Of a stretch of DNA of 6,425 nt, positions 1 to 4,618 are shown one piece after another. Position 1 is the first letter of the stretch. Every line of letters starts with the position of its first letter. Location of the stretch: the IMG/VR virus record IMGVR_UViG_2703718859_000020; one strand, written 5' to 3'. Both the position numbers and the translations under genes were made by a program. The stretch is from a virus. Taxonomy: Duplodnaviria; Heunggongvirae; Uroviricota; Caudoviricetes. The notes under the pieces were generated by a model, which searched no databases, had not been told where the DNA came from, and saw only the letters and a program-made list of their open reading frames with translations.

Positions 1-1230
1 ATGAGCAGAGCACTTAACAAACTGAGCGATACACAGCTGAGGAAAATCAACGGCACACCCGCCCAAAAAACAGCCTTTCTTAATGACGGTGGAAACCTGA
101 GCGTCAGGCATTCAACCAGTGGCCTTTTAACCTGGTATTTCACTTACAGGGCCGGAACGGGAAGGGGGGCACCACCGGAACGCATTAAGCTGGGAAATTA
201 TCCTGATCTGAGCCTGAAATCAGCCAGGGAAAAAGCCGCCCAGTGTCGCGCATGGCTGGCAGAGGGGAAAAATCCACGTCATGAAATGAATTACACCGTA
301 CAGGAAGCGTTAAAGCCGGTAACGGTTGGCGATGCGCTCACCTACTGGCTTGAGTCGTACGCAAAGGAAAACCGTGTGGATTATGACCCACTGAAAAAGC
401 GGCTAAATAATCACGTAATACAGCACATTGGCCCTATGCCGCTGGATAAATGCGAGCTACGGCACTGGCTGGCCTGTTTTGATCGGGTGGCAAAGAAAGC
501 CCCTGTTTCCGCCGGGTTCCTGCTACAGACATGCAAGCAGGCGCTTAAGTTCTGCAGGAAGCGGCGCTATGCAATCAGCAACGTTCTTGATGATATGAGT
601 GTGGCGGACGTTGGGAAAAAACCGGATATAAGTGAGCGTGTCTTAAGTAACAAAGAACTTGGCGAATTATTGCAGGCACTGGACAAAAAAATATTTTCCC
701 CTTACTACGTCGCACTAATCCGCCTCCTGATTGTTTTCGGATGCCGGACAGTAGAACTGAGGTTATCGGAGATCGGCGAGTGGGATTTTACCGAAATGCT
801 CTGGACCGTTCCGAAGGAGCACAGCAAAACGAAGGTAGCCATATTCCGGCCCATACCGGAAGCGATACTGCCGTTCGTCACGCAGCTGGTGGAGCAGAAC
901 AGGCACACGGGCTTATTGCTGGGGGAAGTGAAACAGGAAACCAGCGTATCGCAGTACGGCAGATTGGTGCACAGGAGGCTTAAACACCCTCACTGGTCAC
1001 TGCATGACATCCGGCGCACCTTTACAACCATGCTGAACGATTTAGGCGTTGATCCTCACGTCGTGGAGCAGCTTACAGGCCACCAGATGCCAGGAATGCA
1101 ACGCGTGTACAACCATTCCCGCTATATTGATGCGAAACGCAATGCGCTTGATATGTGGGTGGAGCGGTTGGAGATACTGGCGGGAACACATGAAAACGTA
1201 ACCACGCTACCAGTAACCAGAATAAAATAA
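1..1230 (+). CDS. int: Tyrosine recombinase, P4/CP4-57-type phage integrase (409 aa, apparently complete)
   Basis: Full-length ORF from ATG at 1 to TAA at 1228-1230. C-terminal catalytic signature of tyrosine recombinases: Arg in ...VFGCRTVELR..., His-x-x-Arg in ...LHDIRRTFTT..., and GH...VYNHSRY with the terminal Tyr nucleophile. N-terminal region (KLSD...NDGGNL...WYFTYR) resembles the arm-binding domain of P4-type integrases. Confidence 0.9.
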   Translation: MSRALNKLSDTQLRKINGTPAQKTAFLNDGGNLSVRHSTSGLLTWYFTYRAGTGRGAPPERIKLGNYPDLSLKSAREKAAQCRAWLAEGKNPRHEMNYTVQEALKPVTVGDALTYWLESYAKENRVDYDPLKKRLNNHVIQHIGPMPLDKCELRHWLACFDRVAKKAPVSAGFLLQTCKQALKFCRKRRYAISNVLDDMSVADVGKKPDISERVLSNKELGELLQALDKKIFSPYYVALIRLLIVFGCRTVELRLSEIGEWDFTEMLWTVPKEHSKTKVAIFRPIPEAILPFVTQLVEQNRHTGLLLGEVKQETSVSQYGRLVHRRLKHPHWSLHDIRRTFTTMLNDLGVDPHVVEQLTGHQMPGMQRVYNHSRYIDAKRNALDMWVERLEILAGTHENVTTLPVTRIK

Positions 1231-1247
1231 TTTTTTTCGTGTTTTTT

Positions 1248-1263
1248 CAGTATGCGCATACTG
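1248..1263. repeat. Perfect 16-bp palindrome CAGTATGCGCATACTG just downstream of the int stop
   Basis: Read directly; its reverse complement is identical. No loop, so it looks more like a dimeric protein-binding site than a terminator hairpin. Confidence 0.5.
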
Positions 1264-1413
1264 GATAAGTGCACAGATACAACGTGAAACAATGTGCAAT
1301 AACGTGACACAATCACGAACAAGAGGCCAAAAAGAATACAGATTTATAAGTTACTGATTTTTAATGCTCAGCTGGTTTTTTATACATTAGTGAATTACGC
1401 GTTAAAGCGTGCG

Positions 1414-1450
1414 AAAAAAGGCATAAAACAAGATTTTATGCCTTTGTATT
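1414..1450. terminator. Candidate bidirectional intrinsic terminator between int and alpA
   Basis: A6 run (1414-1419), stem GGCATAAAA (1420-1428), loop CAAGA, stem TTTTATGCC (1434-1442), then TTTGTATT. The stem is AT-rich, and the U-tract is better on the minus strand (6 U) than on the plus strand (3 U). Confidence 0.35.
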
Positions 1451-1604
1451 AACATGAATTTAAATGATTTTATCCTGATTATTCCTCTTTCTGTAAACCA
1501 TGCGACACCAACATTTGCCAACTCTGAATCATCCTGACACAATCAGACACATCCCAACGCAATAGAACACGAAATAACTCTTTAAGAAACGAAAGGGGGC
1601 AATA

Positions 1605-1793
1605 GTGTTAAGCACTGATCGGTTTATACGTGAAAAAGAATGCGAAAAGCTAACAGGCCTTAGCCGCTCATGCCGCTACCGCCTGGAAAAGGCCGGACAA
1701 TTCCCATCACGTCGTAAACTTGGCGGGCGTTCTGTTGGCTGGTCTTTATCTGAGGTTTTGGCCTGGAAGGATAGCTGCAAGGCAGTTCACTAA
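1605..1793 (+). CDS. alpA: AlpA-family (phage_AlpA / MerR-like HTH) transcriptional regulator, 62 aa
   Basis: GTG start at 1605 preceded by a strong SD (GAAAGGGGG, 1592-1600). The protein (RFIREKECEKLTGLSRSCRYRLEKAGQFPSRRKLGGRSVGWSLSEVLAW) matches the AlpA pattern of an HTH followed by a conserved G-W...E-W segment. Position immediately after a P4-type int is typical. Confidence 0.85.
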   Translation: MLSTDRFIREKECEKLTGLSRSCRYRLEKAGQFPSRRKLGGRSVGWSLSEVLAWKDSCKAVH

Positions 1794-1833
1794 AAAGACT
1801 GGCGGCACACAGCCACCACCAATCCATTATTGA

Positions 1834-1857
1834 CCGATACCGGGATCTCGGTATCGG
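1834..1857. repeat. 9-bp inverted repeat CCGATACCG-GGATCT-CGGTATCGG with a central GATC
   Basis: Read directly. It sits in the convergent zone between alpA (plus) and cassette B (minus). No flanking U-tract on either strand, so it is not a canonical intrinsic terminator. Confidence 0.4.
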
Positions 1858-1973
1858 GAATAAACGCCATAATACTGAGGTATAACCATGATGAAATATA
1901 CGCCCGTACAGGGGCGGGGATTCGTTCGCCCTGGTGAATCTGAAAAGCCATGCTATAGGGTATTTTCAGGCAT

Positions 1974-2003
1974 AAAAAAAGCGGTCCCGATATGGAACCG
2001 CCT
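1974..2003 (-). terminator. Rho-independent terminator for the minus-strand cassette transcripts
   Basis: Stem GCGGTCCC (1981-1988) / GGAACCGC (1995-2002), 7 of 8 bp paired, loop GATATG. On the minus strand it is followed by a run of 7 U (plus-strand A-run 1974-1980). Located 66 nt downstream of the cassette B second gene. Confidence 0.55.
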
Positions 2004-2069
2004 TTCTGAACAATTAACCCGCTGCGCCGTATGTGTCAACAATCATAAGCCCGAACATGATAACCGTGA

Positions 2070-2273
2070 TCAGGCTGGTGGGCAATTACCTTGCTTGTTG
2101 GGGCCGTATTGTGCTGCCATTTTCATCCGTTCAGAACGTGAATATTTTTTTAGAAACTCATCAAGGACAAAAGCGCATGGAGCGAATCTTTCTGATTCAT
2201 GCTCGAGCGCCATATTTTCGTGCTCTCTGTTCGTTTTTTGCGATGGTGTATTGGTTGATTCTTTATTGGTCAT
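2070..2273 (-). CDS. Small protein of unrecognised family, 67 aa (cassette B, gene 2)
   Basis: ATG at 2271-2273, stop at 2070. Paralogous to the 2787-3014 ORF: shared MTN start and motif F-x-L-[DE]-[DE]-F-x-x-K-Y-x-R (FVLDEFLKKYSRS vs FALEDFVDKYPRR), with the same 57-nt spacing from the upstream RHH gene. Weak SD. Confidence 0.45.
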   Translation of the reverse strand: MTNKESTNTPSQKTNREHENMALEHESERFAPCAFVLDEFLKKYSRSERMKMAAQYGPNKQGNCPPA

Positions 2274-2330
2274 TGTGTGTACCTGTAAAGCAATGCGCCG
2301 TAGTACCTCACGCCACGGCGCTGATAGTAA

Positions 2331-2510
2331 TTATTCTGATTCTTTGGCCTTGCGGCGCTGGCGGCGTTTGATCTCGCCTTTTGCTGCCGTAACTAGAAAT
2401 CCGGCGGTACTTTCGCCAGGTTCTTTAAGTTGCTCAATATCGGTCATTACCTCATGCGGGATTCTGACCGTTGTCATTTGTGATTTTGCGTTCTTTGCAC
2501 CTGTTGCCAT
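2331..2510 (-). CDS. Ribbon-helix-helix (CopG/Arc/MetJ-like) DNA-binding protein, 59 aa (cassette B)
   Basis: ATG at 2508-2510 with SD AGGAG 8 nt upstream. Sequence MATGAKNAKSQMTTVRIPHEVMTDIEQLKEPGESTAGFLVTAAKGEIKRRQRRKAKESE shows the RHH pattern: N-terminal beta-strand (TTVRIPHEV), helix A, a G-E-S-T turn, helix B, and a basic tail. The six-frame track extends this ORF to 2735, but the internal ATG with the SD is the supported start. Confidence 0.7.
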   Translation of the reverse strand: MATGAKNAKSQMTTVRIPHEVMTDIEQLKEPGESTAGFLVTAAKGEIKRRQRRKAKESE

Positions 2511-2530
2511 TTCTGGTTCTCCTGATAATC

Positions 2531-2623
2531 GGTGTATTTCAGTATACGCAAAAAAAAAGATAAAAAAAGTCTTGCGGTGTATTTCACCTGAATGTAGATT
2601 TAAAAATGAAGGTGAAATACACC
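2531..2623 (-). promoter_or_regulatory. Cassette B promoter with three copies of operator motif GGTGTATTTCACC
   Basis: Minus-strand -10 TATACT (plus 2541-2546) about 31 nt upstream of the start codon; the -35 is poor (T-rich). Motif copies at 2531-2542, 2576-2588 and, inverted, 2611-2623; the last two form a perfect 13-bp inverted repeat with a 22-bp spacer. Confidence 0.5.
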
Positions 2624-2634
2624 CAAAACAACAA

Positions 2635-2678
2635 CGCCCCGCAGTGATGGGAACACATACGGGGCGTCTAACCAAACC
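2635..2678 (-). repeat. Conserved GC hairpin (CGCCCCG-N18-CGGGGCG) followed by TCTAACCAA, upstream of the cassette B promoter
   Basis: Read directly; a homologous element lies upstream of the cassette A promoter (3385-3427). On the minus strand the hairpin is followed by a T-rich tract (TTGTTGTTTT). Confidence 0.4.
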
Positions 2679-2747
2679 ATTAATTGAGGTAACGATTATG
2701 GCTATAAAAGAGCATAGCTTACTCTTTATACACACACAAACGCCCCG

Positions 2748-2767
2748 GAAACGGAATAATCCGTTTC
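2748..2767 (-). terminator. Weak hairpin after cassette A gene 2 (GAAACGGA-ATAA-TCCGTTTC)
   Basis: 8-bp stem with a 4-nt loop, 20 nt downstream of the stop at 2787. Only a weak T-rich tract follows on the minus strand. Confidence 0.3.
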
Positions 2768-2786
2768 ATAGTTCGGTTTTGTGCAC

Positions 2787-3014
2787 TCATCCTGGCGGTC
2801 GGTTTTTGCCGGATTTAAGCCGCCGTGGGTATTTATCGACAAAATCTTCAAGGGCAAATTTTTCTGGTGGCACTAAGCGCGGCGCTGGTGGTGGTATTTT
2901 TGTTCTGGTTAGTTCTTCCTCAACTCTGGCGCAGGCTTCTGACTGCCTTTGCCGGATGATTTCATCATCTTGCGTTTGCGTGTCTTGTATTGGTGATAGT
3001 GTGTTGTTGGTCAT
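2787..3014 (-). CDS. Small protein of unrecognised family, 75 aa (cassette A, gene 2)
   Basis: ATG at 3012-3014, 57 nt after the RHH stop; paralog of the 2070-2273 ORF (same motif and position). Weak SD (AGGG). Confidence 0.45.
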   Translation of the reverse strand: MTNNTLSPIQDTQTQDDEIIRQRQSEACARVEEELTRTKIPPPAPRLVPPEKFALEDFVDKYPRRLKSGKNRPPG

Positions 3015-3071
3015 GATACTGCCCTGTAAAGCAATGCGCCGTAGTACCTCACACCACGGCGCTGATAGTGA

Positions 3072-3251
3072 TTATTCTGATTCTTTGGCCTTGCGACGCT
3101 GGCGGTATTCAACTTCCCGCTTTAATGCAGCTGTAACAAACTGCCCTGTACTTTCGCCGGGCATTTTTACCGCCTCAACATTGTTCATAACTTCATGTGG
3201 AACCCTTGCCGCAACTGTTTGTGATTTTGCGTTTACTGCTTTTGTCGCCAT
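3072..3251 (-). CDS. Ribbon-helix-helix DNA-binding protein, 59 aa (cassette A)
   Basis: ATG at 3249-3251 with SD GAGGGG 8 nt upstream. MATKAVNAKSQTVAARVPHEVMNNVEAVKMPGESTGQFVTAALKREVEYRQRRKAKESE is 36/59 identical to the cassette B RHH protein and has the same length and RHH pattern. Confidence 0.7.
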   Translation of the reverse strand: MATKAVNAKSQTVAARVPHEVMNNVEAVKMPGESTGQFVTAALKREVEYRQRRKAKESE

Positions 3252-3280
3252 GTTGAGCACCCCTCATAAAAAACAAATGC

Positions 3281-3353
3281 AGTATGCAGGAAAAAAAACA
3301 AGTGTTCAACACTTGACGTGTTTAACACCTCGATTTAAATTGGTGTTCAACAC
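3281..3353 (-). promoter_or_regulatory. Cassette A sigma70-like promoter overlapped by three palindromic operators GTGTT-N-AACAC
   Basis: Minus-strand -35 TTGAAC (plus 3304-3309), 17-bp spacer, -10 CATACT (plus 3281-3286), about 30 nt upstream of the start codon. 11-bp palindromes at 3302-3312, 3318-3328 and 3343-3353; the first overlaps the -35. Confidence 0.5.
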
Positions 3354-3384
3354 CTTATTTAGGCAAGGTGTAGAAACGACGAAA

Positions 3385-3427
3385 CCCCGCACTGTAGGAG
3401 CAGTAACGGGGCTTCTAACCAACAACG
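3385..3427 (-). repeat. Conserved GC hairpin (CCCCG-N17-CGGGG) followed by TCTAACCAA, upstream of the cassette A promoter
   Basis: Homolog of the 2635-2678 element, in the same position relative to the promoter. Confidence 0.4.
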
Positions 3428-3634
3428 TAAACGAGGAGCCGTTATGGTTGCCGTAAATCATATACCACACCTTGTACACACACAAACGGCCTTTGTGTGG
3501 CGTTTTCTGGCACTGAGTGCCGGAGAATCTCAAATAATCCACGTAACCGCCTGGACGGAACGCGAAGCACGTAACCGTTGCCCGTCAGGTTGTGTTGCTG
3601 TATTCGCCGCCCGTATTCGCCAGGGGGTAGGCTT

Positions 3635-3868
3635 ATGAGCCAGGAAATCACACTACAACAGGCAGCAGAACGCGCCCACCAAATCGAAGTTATTTGCGCA
3701 CTGGCAGAGGATTACCCTGGCATGATGACCGACAGCGAATCAGGGGCAATCATCGGCTTACTTAAACGCCTTAGCGGTGAGGTCTGCGTATTCCTGAGCG
3801 ATGAACAGGAAAGAAGAACGCTTATTTCTAACGAAAAAAAATGCGGAGGGGTACACCATGTGCAATAA
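3635..3868 (+). CDS. Small helical protein, 77 aa, first gene of the replication-side operon
   Basis: ATG at 3635 with SD AGGGGG 7 nt upstream. The track ORF 3578-3868 has an earlier start with no SD. Its stop overlaps the next ORF's start by 11 nt. Confidence 0.5.
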   Translation: MSQEITLQQAAERAHQIEVICALAEDYPGMMTDSESGAIIGLLKRLSGEVCVFLSDEQERRTLISNEKKCGGVHHVQ

Positions 3869-4094
3869 CATCCGTCCGGACGCAGCCGCCGAAGCCATCA
3901 TAACGCTAATGCATGCGCTGATTGATATTTCTGTTATTGCTGACAAGGCGCATAAGCACGCCACCAGTGAAACAGAATATGCAGGGGCTTTCGTTCCTCA
4001 TTCGCTGGCGGTTATGCAACTTAGTGCTGATATGGCGCTGAATGAGGCAGGCAAAATTCTTACCGCAGATATTCAAGGGGCGCACCATGCATGA
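3858..4094 (+). CDS. Small helical protein, 78 aa, apparent paralog of the flanking ORFs
   Basis: ATG at 3858 with SD GGAGGGG 6 nt upstream. Shares a ...S-E-x-x-x-AGAF[VI]-x-x-[SL]L... motif and a preceding [AW]L-x-D-x-S segment with the 4087-4302 ORF. The start could instead be 3801 (no SD). Confidence 0.5.
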   Translation: MCNNIRPDAAAEAIITLMHALIDISVIADKAHKHATSETEYAGAFVPHSLAVMQLSADMALNEAGKILTADIQGAHHA

Positions 4095-4302
4095 TGACCG
4101 TTATTTTAAATTAATGAGCCATGCAGAAAACGCACTGACTAACAGTGAATGCTTGCGGAAAATATTGCTTATCTGGCTTGATGGTTTAAGTGATGCGCCG
4201 GAAGGTGAACGTGAATCTAATCTTGCTGGTGCGTTTATTTCATTACTCGATACGGTAATCACCGAATTAAATAAAGCGATCGAAATTCACGATAAAAAAT
4301 AA
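4087..4302 (+). CDS. Small helical protein, 71 aa, apparent paralog of the 3858-4094 ORF
   Basis: ATG at 4087 with SD AAGGGG 6 nt upstream; ATGCATGA overlap with the previous stop. Contains NLAGAFISLL, matching YAGAFVPHSL in the previous ORF. Confidence 0.5.
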   Translation: MHDDRYFKLMSHAENALTNSECLRKILLIWLDGLSDAPEGERESNLAGAFISLLDTVITELNKAIEIHDKK

Positions 4303-4318
4303 ACGCGGAATAAAAACC

Positions 4319-4618
4319 ATGAAAAAGAAAATTTCTGGCTTAACTGCTAGTGGCAACACTCACCCTAAATTTACGCGCGGCGATATTTACCGCGACCAGT
4401 ACGGCGGCACGGTAACGATTAAAGGTGTAGAAGAGCGACGCATTACCTACCGCCGTGAAGGCTACGAATATGACTGCGTGATGCCTGTTTATCAGTTCCG
4501 GCGTGATTTTTCTCTGGTACAGACCGCGCCGCATAACGTGCCCACCAGCAGGGAGAAAGCACGCGCCAATATTCAGAAGATGAAAAACATGATTAACGGA
4601 TTCAGGGGCAAGAAATGA
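4319..4618 (+). CDS. Hypothetical protein, 99 aa
   Basis: ORF whose stop overlaps the rep start (ATGA at 4615-4618), suggesting translational coupling. Weak SD. No family recognised. Confidence 0.45.
   Translation: MKKKISGLTASGNTHPKFTRGDIYRDQYGGTVTIKGVEERRITYRREGYEYDCVMPVYQFRRDFSLVQTAPHNVPTSREKARANIQKMKNMINGFRGKK

Noticed and set aside
705-1322. Small ORFs inside or overlapping int (705-908 minus, 741-983 plus, 1122-1322 minus)
   Set aside because: Embedded in a well-supported integrase gene on other frames or strands; no independent signals.
2033-2371. 112-aa plus-strand ORF
   Set aside because: Antisense to cassette B gene 2 and the conserved intergenic block; hydrophobic, junk-like composition; no SD.
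2283-3106. Possibility that the two ~83-bp near-identical blocks are a CRISPR or type III toxin-antitoxin RNA repeat array
   Set aside because: Only two copies, about 740 bp apart, overlapping coding sequence; no short regularly spaced repeat-spacer structure and no tandem short RNA repeats upstream of a toxin gene.
1888-3456. 522-codon plus-strand ORF with a GAGG SD, spanning the whole cassette region
   Set aside because: Its product is low-complexity and Cys/Ser-rich, it reads through the minus-strand terminator, both promoters/operators and the hairpins, and its internal repeat merely mirrors the nucleotide duplication. The minus-strand genes have strong SDs, promoters and a recognisable RHH fold pattern. 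The length of this open frame is statistically unusual, so Ribo-seq would be worth a look, but I do not call it a gene.
3444-3638. 64-aa plus-strand ORF, with overlapping minus-strand ORFs 3306-3542 and 3442-3651
   Set aside because: They lie in the divergent control region full of repeats and hairpins. The apparent N-terminal similarity to a segment in the other cassette is explained by nucleotide-level repeat conservation (TACACACACAAACG), not protein conservation.
3758-4088. Minus-strand ORFs 3758-3964 and 3906-4088
   Set aside because: Antisense to the translationally coupled small-ORF array, which has consistent SDs on the plus strand.
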